Origin: Patellaria atrata CBS 101060
Taxonomy: Eukaryota
Direction of reading: 5' to 3'
NCBI GenBank assembly: GCA_010093705.1
Contig: MU006090.1
Span: 1,453,817-1,517,816 of the forward strand
DNA length: 64,000 bases
This document shows, piece after piece, positions 13,295 through 24,361 of this stretch; the stretch's first letter is position 1, and every line of letters begins with the position of its first letter. A program made the position numbers and the translations under genes. The notes below the pieces were generated by a model, which was given only the letters and a program-made list of their open reading frames with translations, did not search any database and was not told the origin of the DNA.

Positions 13295-14844
13295 CTACTT
13301 AGGAGGACGAACCTCATCGGACTGGTAGTTCGGAATTTTGTTGAGTACAGTGGATGTAAGTTCAGGAAGGTGTTCTAGGTACTCCTTGCGGTAATTGTTT
13401 AGCGATTTCTCCTATTCGAGGATTAGAACCAGTATAAGAGCCAAGGTTTGAGCGAATAGCTGAAACTTACCATTTTCCAGGTCTGTACAGGTGCCAAAGC
13501 TGGGTAGATGGCCTTTTGAATGTCACCCCGGGGAAGCTTTTCCTTGCTACAAATCCCCACTAACCACTTATGCAGCTCCTCAGGTCTGACTTTTGACCAC
13601 TCTTTGGTCTTAACATCATCACCAATCTTTGCTTCTGGATACCCCACAGACATGATAGCAAGTAGCTGGAGAGACCGCAAGCATTGGTGTATTTGTCCAC
13701 CAGCCTTGGATCTAGTAGAAAAATCCTCGTAGGTGCCCATCTCCGCATCAAGCTTTTTACCTGCTGCCCACTCGATCCACGGCTCGTCCCAGAAGAACAC
13801 ACTCACTCCGTTGAAGCCAGCTACGTCAACAGAGCCGCTTCGTCCACCAAAGAGCCCAACGATACGGGAATCATTAGCTACCATGTGCCAGAAGAGACAC
13901 TGCGCCCGATTCTCAATCCCTGGAAATGCTGCTTGCTTGTTCTTATTGTAAAGGTCGAAGAGGGGAACATACTTTCCCTCCAGGGAACTCATCGCGCTTT
14001 TACCACGGTCTGAGTTCAAGTTAATGGATAGGACACGTATGACGGCTAGTCCCCGATCTTCGGCCAACTCTTGAAACCAGTCGGAAATTGAAAGGGTGGA
14101 GTCAGTTCCAGCGTTTACATGCCCAATACGATAGTTCTCGAGAACGACACGAGTCAGTTTCTGACCCTTCTTCCCGGGTTTGCTGAGAGTTGTTTCGATT
14201 ATGGCACTAAGATCGTCGTATTTAGCTTTTGCTTCCATAAACACGGACTCTGTAGGTTTCCCGTCAATGCTAGACATCCTTGAACTCAGATGAGCCAAAC
14301 GTTTATCGACATCCGGAGAACAAAGTAGGTTCATAGCAATTGTTGTAGCATTCATCAACTTTAGAACTCGGCTAGAATCAACGGTTTCCTCCTTAAAGAA
14401 GGGAACCGCGGGCTTCGAGACAAGTCCCTTATCTTTGTGCTCGTCGAACCCGAGGCTGGCGAGTTTATGTTCCCGGTATTCATTGTAGAGATGATCGTAC
14501 CACCCAGTTGGTTGCTTATACATGATTTTGTCAATATCTTCTTTTGCTGGGCCTCCGTCATTTGCACCTTCTTTTTTCTCGTAGTCGATCTGCACGAGCA
14601 TGCTTTCAAGACCGATGCCCTGGAAGTAGTTAAAGTTGACCTTGCCATAGCTTCTCTCTTCTTTCGCTAACTCCTTTCCCTTGTCGGATTGGTACTCCTT
14701 CTTCAATGGCGTAATGGCTATCACCACAACGATCTTAGGAAATTGCTTATCGAATTCCTTGGCCAGGATATCGGCGGCCGCAAGGTGCCATAAATCGCCC
14801 GTAGTACTTCCTGCAAGGACAATGTAGAGGTTCTTGGAATCCAT
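13295..14844 (-). CDS. Orphan protein of about 500 aa with GT-B/GT9-like motifs
   Basis: Long ATG ORF from 14844. Intron 13470-13412 (GTAAGT..CTAAT..TAG) adds the exon EKSLNNYRKEY...VRPPK* with stop at 13295. Motifs IVLAGSTTGDLWHLAAA and LFGGRSGSVDVAGFNGVSVFFW. The CDS is well supported; the function is speculative. Confidence 0.7.
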
Positions 14845-15888
14845 GGGTGAGTTAATGATATGCTAAGATAAATGCTGTATGGAAATGAGACGTGAAGGGA
14901 AGACGTTGGAAGTGCAACAAATGGTTAAGAAGACGACGGTGAATTGAGGGGATGAGGTTCTAAGGACTGAAGACTGAAAGTTTAGAAAAGTGGATTTTGG
15001 CCTTCTTTATATCATGAAGGGTGACGTTTGTGATGATGCATATTTCAGAAATAATTCCTTGGTAGTACCTACTGTGATCAATTTTTGTTCCAAGAGCTGG
15101 CTTGCAAGAGGCTGGCTAAAACTGACATCTTTACGACGGTGTAGGACACCAACAGATATGCTGATGCTGCAATACGGATAAATATTTCTTAGGAGAAGGA
15201 CTACCATTTGTCCAAGAGCCCACCGCTCGTAAATGATAGAGTGCTCGAAATTGTTTTACTTTCAGCTCAAGGATAGCGGCATATCGAGAGCATATACGCA
15301 CAAACCTAGAAATATCGATGGCTGCGTCATTAACAGTAGTCTTTAATTCTCCGAATAGATTCGTTATTCTGGTATGATGGTGGCGTAAGCAGGACCTGAG
15401 AGCTGAGAAGCGGAATCCACATGCATATCTCACAAGGAGGATTTGAGCAAGCAAAATATTTATCCTTATGTAGCACTATAGCAAGTGTAATGGGTGCGAT
15501 AATCTGGACTGTGAAGTCAATAAAGTAGCGGTGTTGCACTTCCATCCCACAAGCCATGGCCAGTTTTTTTCTCGTATGCTAGAACTAGCTCAACCCCACG
15601 GGAATTCGCATGCATGAGGTATTCTATCGCTAAGTTAGCTATTCAGCCAGCCTCAGTACGTCTCGCATATTCCGACTGTTTTGCAGATGAAAGTGATACC
15701 GTATTGTGACTGGGAAGCAGCTGGGTGGACTGGAGAGGTTTAGATACATGAGCGGCTTCGACTAGAACTATACATCGGGGCGAGCCGAATGCCCTTGTCT
15801 TTGCAGTGCTCTAAGTTCGTACGCGACATCAATCTGTTGGTACGAGACTGTGTGTTGTATTCTGTGAGTGGACTTGTAGGTAGAACTA

Positions 15889-16043
15889 CCGTATATTCTC
15901 CTCTACCTGAACTGTTGCTAACGCAGGCCAAGCTTTTAATATGTCCAATCATTTATCAGAAACTATTCTAGTTAGGCAGCAACCACACCAAAAAGAGACC
16001 TAGTCCTGCATTAGCAACAGTTCAGGTAGGTGAGAATATACGG
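15889..16043. mobile_element. MITE (Tc1/mariner-pogo-like), 155 bp with 39-bp TIRs and TA target-site duplication
   Basis: TA|ccgtatattctcctctacctgaactgttgctaacgcagg ... cctgcattagcaacagttcaggtaggtgagaatatacgg|TA. Three mismatches between the arms; no coding capacity. Confidence 0.8.
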
Positions 16044-17061
16044 TATGTCATTAGGGTAATCCTTCTTAAGTGATTGCTCCCGATACCAAACCCTTTTTCT
16101 TCCGATTTTTTTTTTGGGGCGTTACATCCACGTGACCCGCGTGCTTACATCATCTTTCTCTTTCTCTCACCGTCCTCTACCTTTGTATTTTCGAGGAAAA
16201 TCTTCAATCTTCCGTCCATGTAGCAGTTATCATTCCAAGCTAGATAGCGCAGAAATCGATCGGTAGATAATGTTACAGACGGTAAAACTAGATGGTGCCG
16301 TTCTTAACTGTCACAAGATATTTTCTGTGCTCTTGCGGCGCTTTCGCTGTGTTCCTTGAGATGTGAAGATCTGAAATTAGCACGCTCACGTTTCCATGCA
16401 GTGGTCACATTTCATATTTCACATTTCACGATTTCTAAATAAGTCTTCTCATCGAGTACCTAGATAGGCCATCCAGCCATCGGCTAGCTTTCCACACCAC
16501 CACATCTGAAAATTTTATGTAGCATACAAATCTTTAAGAATTGTTATCATGATTGTAAATAATTGTATAAGATCTTTTTATTCCCAGCCGTTAAGCTAAT
16601 AACCAAAACAATCACGCCCTTTTGAAGAGCTTTGTCGCTCCTCCCATATCATGTTTACCGTTACTACCGTGGTGTCATTAGTCCTTGTCCGTTTACTACA
16701 TCTTAATCTTAATCTCCAGATAACAACGGAAGGATTAATATAGATCTCATCTTAGGATTGATATCTCAGTTTATCCTCTTTATGGTGGAACTTGTGTCAA
16801 AGTTCTGTCAAGTTCTGTATCACATTTCCCTCGATCACGTGAATGCGCGGTTACACATATCCCAACAATATTCCATTGAATGCTGCCCTGTATCGCGTGC
16901 GACCGGCAAGTTAAGTGCGACCGGGCGGATAAGGTGTCGCTCTTTCCTTTAAATGAGTTCGATAAGCCACCTGGACTCTACCTTATTTTCATTAAGGTAA
17001 ACACCAAATACCATCACCTCTACCTTCCGTTCCTACAGTGCAAAGCTTCCTCTCATCCACC

Positions 17062-18105
17062 ATGGAACACTGGACTCCCCACATCAACACCCAATTCGAG
17101 GGTTGGTACTCAAAGTTCGAATTCCCTTCTGGCTCATCTCTTGCCATCATCATCAGCACCGTCCCTAACGCGGTGAAGAAACCTCATCTGCTCTCCATCA
17201 CTTACCACCCGCACAGCCAACGCTCAGAAGTATTCCAACGCGAGATATTCGTCCCTTCCATCGAGCGTGTGCGCCTCGACTCCAATGCATTCGAACTCCG
17301 CGTCGAAGGCTTCGGCATCATGACCTGCTCTCCCACCGGCATGGTCACATATGACTTCTCAATCCCGGACTTCCAATTCCACGCCACAACCTCTCCCTTT
17401 ATGCCCTGGAAGCGAAACGGCGGACCCGGCGCAGCCAACACGCCCTTCGGCTGGCAAGTCCACCTCCCTCTGCCGCTGCACTGGCACGTCCAAGACCTCG
17501 CCGCCTCCGGTTCCTACTCGCTCAACCTCCCAAACCACTCTGGCTTCCTCGAGGCCGATGTATCCGGCACTGTAAGCGTCCATCAGGAGAAGAACTGGGC
17601 ATCTTCGTTCCCGGAGAAGCACATGTGGGTCCAGGCCCGCGCCCCAGACAACAGCGCCTTCCTCTGTCTCGCCGGCGGCCGCTTGCTCGGCCTCGATCTC
17701 TACAATATCGGATTCCGCTCCCAGACGAACCATATCGATATCCGCCCCCCTCTCTGCGTGGGTAGGGGTAGTCTCTCCCTTACCACGAAGACGAATGTTG
17801 ATTGGGAGAATCGCGCGTTTGGAATCAGGGTCAATGGTCTCTGGCGCAGTCTTGAAGTCAATTGCAGCGCTCCGAAGGGGACTTGGTTCGGCATCACGGC
17901 TCCGTTCGGAGATGGACATCGCGAGAACTTTCTCGCGGAGAGCTGGAACGCGAGGGTCGAGGTCGTGGTGAAGAAGAGGGGTCTGCTTGGCTTGCTCATG
18001 TGTGGAGGCTGGAAGGAGACAGAGAGGAAGGTATTCGAAAATGCTGCTCTTGAGTTTGGCGGCGCGTTCTATGGCGATGTCGGCACCGAGAAGAAGAGAA
18101 GTTAA
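17062..18105 (+). CDS. Tocopherol cyclase-like protein (intronless)
   Basis: ATG 17062 (MEHWTPH). FEGWYSKF, PLPLHWHV, HQEKNWASSFPEKHMWVQ and C-terminal FENAALEFGG match remembered tocopherol-cyclase family motifs (FEGWY; EKNWG..FP..W.W.Q; A.LE.GG). Confidence 0.78.
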   Translation: MEHWTPHINTQFEGWYSKFEFPSGSSLAIIISTVPNAVKKPHLLSITYHPHSQRSEVFQREIFVPSIERVRLDSNAFELRVEGFGIMTCSPTGMVTYDFSIPDFQFHATTSPFMPWKRNGGPGAANTPFGWQVHLPLPLHWHVQDLAASGSYSLNLPNHSGFLEADVSGTVSVHQEKNWASSFPEKHMWVQARAPDNSAFLCLAGGRLLGLDLYNIGFRSQTNHIDIRPPLCVGRGSLSLTTKTNVDWENRAFGIRVNGLWRSLEVNCSAPKGTWFGITAPFGDGHRENFLAESWNARVEVVVKKRGLLGLLMCGGWKETERKVFENAALEFGGAFYGDVGTEKKRS

Positions 18106-18597
18106 ACTAATCTGTTCACCTGGGCTTGAACCAGCCACAATCTCTTTGTACTATGCTTGGTGGAACTTAATGGTAGCCGTGCTTAGGAGTATGACACACG
18201 GCATAAGAAGGTAGAAACTTAATCACAGTTGTGATTCTAGCGGAATCAATTGTCTATTGAATCAAAATGTCGATTAACCATCTCCTCGCCCGTCGTGAGC
18301 ATCCCTCGCGCACTGTCCGCTCGCTTCCTTAAGCTGCCTCTAACTTCCCAGTACAGAACCTTGAAAACGTACGAAAGACACTCATCCGTACATAGGACTT
18401 GACTGTATAGCAAATACAAGCCAATTAAGGCGGCAGTACGAACATCCCACTGGTAGTCATTTTGCAAGCGTACAGTGCATAAGTAACGCCAACCGCAACG
18501 TTTTAAAATGATCGTATCCCAAATCCATCATTTCCAATCTATCGAGCAAGTAGTCTATCTGGTCTAAAACAAGACCAAACCCCAAATACCACACAAC

Positions 18598-20049
18598 CTA
18601 CAACTTCGGCGCCTCCTTAACCCTAATCGGCTTCCCAAAATCCTGCGTCAGCGTCTTGACATGATACGCACTCATGACGCTCCTCTCTTTCTCCGGCACC
18701 GTCGCCCACTCCCTCCGCTCCTTCGCCTCCAGAACCCTCCACCTGCGCATCTGGCGCGCGATCCACTCGGCCACCACGTCCGCGGTCTCGTCGACCTTCT
18801 CCATCGGAATCAGGTGTCCGGCGCCTTTAATCACGACCTCCTCGACCATGCCCTCGGGCTTGCCGCCGCTGCCGCCGATGCCGGTGCCCGCTGTGTCGAA
18901 TTTGTTGGCGCTGGTGAGGTCGGAGAGTTCGCCGCCGACGAAGAGGGCCGAAGGGCGGAGGTGGGGGAGGTTGTGGAAGAGACGGATGGGCTCGGGGCGG
19001 TAGAAGGGGGATTGCGGGTCTGAGGTTGGGGTGATGTCTGGGTGCGTGAGACGGTTGTGGTATGCCCTTATATGGGTGTTGGAGGTGGTGAGGTTGTGGG
19101 GGCCTGGTGTGGAGGGGTCGGAGGGGATGTAGTTTGGGCGGAGGAAGGTGAAGACTTCTTGGCTCCTGGCCGTTGTGAGGGTGACTGGAGGTTCAGGGCG
19201 AGGAGTGAGGGTGGGTTCTGTGGTCGAGGGGGGAAGGGCATGTGAGGTTTGGGAAGGAGGCTCATCTGGGAGATCCCGGAGACCGTGTTCGATCCATAGA
19301 TCCAGTACCCGTGGGTCCCAGGTTTGGTAGAAGGGGCTCTTTTTCATGGACTCTGCGGCGGCTTTCCTCGAAGCCCAGCGCTCTCTGCGGATGGCGGACA
19401 TTTTTGCTGGGCGTCCGTTTCCGGTTTTGGAAAATTGGGGTTGGATGACTGCGTCTAGGAGGACCATAGTTTCGAACAGTCGAGGATGCATAAGGGATAG
19501 ACCGACAAGCATTGCTCCGCCCATGGAGTGAGCTACGCCGACGATGGGCCTTTTGATCTCGGACCGGAAGTGGTTCACCATGCCCAGGAGATCACGACTA
19601 TGGTCGAACCAGCAAGCTATATCTCGAATTAGTCGACTCTTCAGTAGTACAGATACTACACGTACGGTCATTGCCCAATTTCTTTTCATTGAGTACACCG
19701 CTCTTGCCCTGCCATGCTACATCTGATATCCAGATTCCACGAATTGAGAAGCCCGCTTTATTTGCACGCTTTAGTAGCTCATCCCACAGTGGTTCATACA
19801 GTTCCTGAAAGTCTCGGTAAGTCTCGGATCGACTGCGATGGTATCAATTCATACCTTCGGGAAGCCGTTTGCATGAGCCGCAATTATGGTAACATCTCCC
19901 GGTTCGGGTGACGGGTTGTCAAGAGGCGTATACTGCTTTACTGCAAGTTCTAACACCTCCTCTTGGTCGTCAAACGTGGCATGTGGATACTCTCGAATGT
20001 GACAGCATGGGATGACATGCTCCTTAACTCGGAAAAGTGACGATGACAT
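18598..20049 (-). CDS. Alpha/beta hydrolase (Lpx1/AKT2 'toxin biosynthesis protein'-like), probably peroxisomal
   Basis: ATG 20049 (MSSSLFRVKEHVIPCCHIREYP), IIAAHANGFPK, nucleophile elbow AHSMGG, GAGHLIPME, C-terminal PKL (PTS1-like). Introns near 19855-19805 and 19663-19617. Confidence 0.88.
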
Positions 20050-20349
20050 TGTTAATGTGCAATTGTACAAGTCCAAGAGAATTCAGAAAACTTTTGACTA
20101 TCACTGTACATGCTGACGTTAAAAAATCAGTATATCACCCCTGGTCGTAAGATTCGATGGTGAGCTGCTGGGTTGCACTGCCGAGGTTGGCCTTCATTTG
20201 AGCGCGTTATTACCACGCTTGAATCTGTATAAGTGTCAACAGGAGCTCAGAGGATATCAAGTGCCGATGACATTCGCAACGAGATATATAGTGAATGTGA
20301 ACTAAAATTTCCCTTTACCTCTTCCTAGTGGAAGTGATCCCGCAAGGCA

Positions 20350-20410
20350 CGTGCTCGCGGGTTTAATTTTGCGACTGGTGTCAAACGCGCTAACCCGAAC
20401 GCGCTTTATA
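20350..20410. promoter_or_regulatory. MCB-like CGCG elements upstream of rtt107
   Basis: AACGCGC twice (about 20384-20390 and 20398-20404) plus CTCGCGG about 20354, 120-170 bp upstream of a DNA-repair gene. MBF binding is inferred. Confidence 0.35.
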
Positions 20411-20525
20411 ATAGACACCCCTCGATATCCAACATAAACTCGAAAGAATCGCATAAAATCGAGGATATACCTACTCAAACCTGCGAAACAGCTACTCGAT
20501 TCAGGTGGTATGATCTTAGATAAAC

Positions 20526-23396
20526 ATGGCTGCTGATACGTCCGCTATAATCGATACGGATACCCCTCTATTTTCAGGCCTCTCAGTCGCCATTATTACT
20601 AGTCGACAGTTGTCCCTGGAGAACGCGCAGGATGTGAGCAAGATGCAGATTTATATAGAGGACCATACTAACATATAGTAGCTTTCGAAGGATATCACCA
20701 CAAATGGCGGAGAATGCACCATCGTCGACACGGTTCCAGCACGTATAGAGGGCGATATCCGACGATACACACACATCATATCGCGAACCTCAGATTTTCC
20801 CGACTACAACGCTGCGCTGGATGCATTTATACATGTGATTAAACCTGCGTGGGTGGAATTCTGTATGCATAAGCGAAAACTCACGAACCCACGCGCGTAC
20901 AATCCGGACCCTGCTCTTATACTCTCAGAGGTGACCATTTGTTGCGGTGATTTACCGGAAGGTGATAAAGAGGCTATAATGGGAGGCGTAATAGCTATGG
21001 GAGGACAATATACGTCCGCATTGAGTAAGCTAGTCACACATCTGATAGCCTTAACGCTGGATGACGATAAATGCGAGCTTGCACTGAGAAAAGGATTGAA
21101 GTGTCAGATTGTACTCCCACACTGGTAAGATTCGGCTGTTCAATCGACTATAATACGTCTAACTGATAGTAGGTTTGACGACTGCTTGAAATTAGGCAAG
21201 AAAATCTCTGAACGGCCGTACAAGCTACCTGATCCTGAAATACTCTCGGTGTCTGCTAATTCGCGGAGAATTGCTCCTGCGTCTAATGCAGACATTACTG
21301 GTGCAATATCACCAATTGGTGGCGGTATACCGAGTCCAAAGAGCTCACCGGCGCCGAACTCTCGTTCTCTTAGTGTGTTTAATGGTAGAAAGGTCATGCT
21401 TGCCACTGATATGAACTTGACAGAGCATCTTCGAACCATTATCGAAGGTCTGATACGCCAAGGAGGTGGTGAAATCACAAATAACGTTGACGAAGCTACA
21501 ACATACGTATGTCTCTATCGGTCAGGGGAAGACTATCAAATAGCATCGTGGAAGGGTAAAGAAGTGGGCAACCTCTCCTGGTTATATTACCTTATCACCC
21601 ATAACACTTGGACTTCCCCGATGCGTCGTCTAATGCATTATCCCATTCCCACAAAGCCCATCCCTGGTTTCGAGAGCTATATTATAAGCTTGTCCAACTA
21701 TACCGGTGAAGCACGTATCTATCTCGAAAGCTTAGTGAAAGCCGCAGGGGCGCAATTCACAAAGACGATGAAGAGTGATAACACTCATCTTATCACGGCA
21801 CACAAAGGAAGTGAGAAATGCGATGCCGCTAAAGAATGGAATATCAATATTGTCAATCATCTTTGGTTGGAAGAGAGCTACGCAAAATATGAGATGCAGA
21901 GTCTCACCATCCCAAGGTATACAACTTTCCCGCCGCGGACAAACCTAGGCGAAGTCGTGGGGAAAACGGAGATAGATAAGGCAGCTTTAGAGAGGCACTT
22001 TTACAAGAAAGTTGTCGAACCCAGAAAAGTTCCAAGGCTGAGCCGAGCGAAGATAACCGATGATGAGGATGTAAAGCCCGCCTCGAAGAATAGGGGCAAC
22101 ACTCCTATAGCGGATAAGGGGAAAAACAGGGCCAACACCCCCACCGCGGATAAGGTGAAGAACATGGCCAACACCCCTACCGTTGACAGAGTAAAGAAAA
22201 CGCGTCATGGAACTCCGTTGCGTACACCAGCAGCAACTCGTCTCATAGACGAAAAGGAGAACGAGATACCACCTTCCGGAGGCAGAAGCGCCAAAACTAG
22301 AGCAATGTCTTTATTACATGATATGGCAGATGACATGACAAAGTACGAGAAGGAAAGTAAACGTGTCGGCGGGGTGGTATATGGTGGAAGAAAAGCATCA
22401 GATCCCGACCGAGTAGGAAACGATAAGGAAAGAGCCAAGGGTAAGAAACGGACGTCAGACGCGATGGATATCGATAAGGAGGAACATTTCAAAGAGCCGC
22501 AGAAGAAAGCAAAGAAGTCCAGGCCGTCGGATGCGATGGATACCGATGAAGACGAGAAGGTCAAGCAGCCACACAAGAGCGCGAAGAAGTCGAGACTGCC
22601 GTCCGGTAAACCTCCGATCCTGCACCGGTTGATGCTGTCCGGATACCAACCTTGGGTGAACAACTTGAAACAAGAATCCACAGATACAGTATGTTAAGCT
22701 TAGATAGGATATCTTTTTGAAATTGTGACTAATTTAACGCAGGCTAAACTTCGAGATCTCGGAATCCTCGTTACGAACAATCCAAAGGACGTCACCTTAC
22801 TCTGTGCACCGAAGATCGTTCGAACGAAGAAATTTGTGGCCGCGCTTGCTGCGGCACCCACGCTCGTCTCAACTTCCTTCATTGAGCATTGCTTGGCCGA
22901 GAACGAAATCCCTGACGTCGAAGATCATCCGTTCGAGGACACTGAGGGTGAAGAGACATATATTTTCGGCCTAGAGGAATCCCGACAGCGCGCCCTGCAA
23001 AACAAAGGCCATCTTCTCAGGGGTTGGCAGATCTTCTGCAGCGAAAACGTGAAGGGAGGATTTGATACGTACAAAGATATCATCGAAGCGAATGGAGGTG
23101 TCTGCACTTTATATCGGGGCAAGAACACCCTCAAGGTATCGAAACGCACGATCAACGAGCCAGGGGGACTCGCACCGTCCGGAGATCACTCGCAAAATCA
23201 GGGTGACGACGAGGGTGACGTGCTATACCTTCTCAGCGACCCGGATAAAGCTGCGGACAAGAAGATGTGGCCTAGCTTCAGGGAAGTGGCGAAGAAGGCG
23301 GATATGGTGCCGAGAATCGTCAAGACGGATTGGTTACTGTTCGTCGCTATGAGCCAGCAGATGTATTGGGAACCGAAGTACGAGATCAAGGGGTGA
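20526..23396 (+). CDS. rtt107: Multi-BRCT DNA-damage scaffold Rtt107/Brc1
   Basis: ATG 20526 with several introns. BRCT signatures: DKEAIMGGVIAMGGQY...THLIAL, ISLSNYTGEARIYLESL...THLIT...VNHLWLEESY, and C-terminal tandem BRCT (RTKKFVAALA; IVKTDWLL). Confidence 0.9.
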
Positions 23397-23667
23397 TAAA
23401 GATTGTTTTTGTTTTTTAGCGATGATGATGCTTCTGGGTAGTGATGTCGCATTTCAGCGCTGCATTTCTGGCGCAGGAAGATTATTCAGCGAGTCCTCAT
23501 ATTCCCCTCGACAGGGTGATATGGGGTGATGATGGTGCCGTACGTCGGTCCACCAAGTCTATGTATATAATATCAGTATCAGGTATCAACCCAACAATCA
23601 AATAACCCCTTACCTCAACCATCTCCCAAACTCGACTCGACATTCCCCCATCAACCCCCCCTCCACC

Positions 23668-24282
23668 TCAAAAAAACTTAACCCCAAGCCCATCCCCCTC
23701 CCCAAAAACCTGCGCACGACCCCTCTTAACCACAACCCCCAAAACCCTCCTCAACAACTCCCCATCCATGCCATGGAACTCCTCCCCTGCGGTGCCCTCC
23801 CCCTCCCCGATCTCGTACAAAGTGAGCACGACACCCTTCTGCCCCGTCCGCTCCACCCACTCCTCCACCACAGCCGCCCACTCCTCCGCCCGCCGCCAAA
23901 AAACCCAACACCGACCCGTGAGCCCCTCCTCCCCTAGTATTTCCCCCTCTCCCGTCCCTGTGCCTACCCCCTTCTTACCCCCGCCGTCAACCCACTCAAC
24001 CCGGCCCCCTCCCTCAGCCGACCCCATCCACGCAAGCACGGCTTTTACATCTCCCGCACGTAGTCGGCGTCCGAGCCCTTCGTTGCAGAATAAAGGCAGC
24101 GCGAGAGCGGAGGGGAAGCGCAGGCTGAAGAGGCGGTGGTGGGCGCAGTAGGAGAGTATGAGGGCGGACCAGGAGGAGAGTTGGGAGGCGCGGGTCGAGG
24201 AGGTGGGTTGGAGGGTGAAGAAGGGGGGGAAGGAGTGGTGGGGGGGGAAGTGGAAGGGTTTGGGGTTCTGTTCGGTGGACAT
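23668..24282 (-). CDS. vps25: ESCRT-II subunit Vps25
   Basis: FPPHHSFPPFFTLQP...QLSSWSALILSYC, WRRAEEWA, VLTLYEI, EFHGMD, C-terminal GVKFF. Confidence 0.93.
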   Translation of the reverse strand: MSTEQNPKPFHFPPHHSFPPFFTLQPTSSTRASQLSSWSALILSYCAHHRLFSLRFPSALALPLFCNEGLGRRLRAGDVKAVLAWMGSAEGGGRVEWVDGGGKKGVGTGTGEGEILGEEGLTGRCWVFWRRAEEWAAVVEEWVERTGQKGVVLTLYEIGEGEGTAGEEFHGMDGELLRRVLGVVVKRGRAQVFGEGDGLGVKFF

Positions 24283-24308
24283 TCCTGGGGGGAGGTTGAG
24301 CGGTTCTC

Positions 24309-24311
<3 letters not shown>

Positions 24312-24360
<49 letters not shown>
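24312..24360. repeat. (GT)24 microsatellite immediately upstream of the vps25 ATG
   Basis: Perfect GT dinucleotide run seen directly. Confidence 0.97.

Positions 24361-24361
<1 letters not shown>

Noticed and set aside
15007..15557. Short ORFs upstream of the orphan GT-like gene
   Set aside because: Mostly non-ATG starts, no motifs and no consistent splice path.
16450..16850. AT-rich stretch resembling a RIP-degraded transposon
   Set aside because: No transposase or RT motif and no terminal repeats could be identified by eye.
17359..18138. 259-aa antisense ORF; likewise 11098-11634, 42277-42909, 42875-43465, 48015-48497, 48298-48921 and 57961-58467
   Set aside because: Shadow or alternate-frame ORFs overlapping well-supported genes in GC-rich, stop-poor sequence, with no recognisable motifs.
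13295..20049. Secondary-metabolite cluster (GT-like + cyclase-like + hydrolase)
   Set aside because: No PKS, NRPS, terpene synthase, prenyltransferase, transporter or cluster TF nearby. The flanks are housekeeping genes, so adjacency alone is insufficient.
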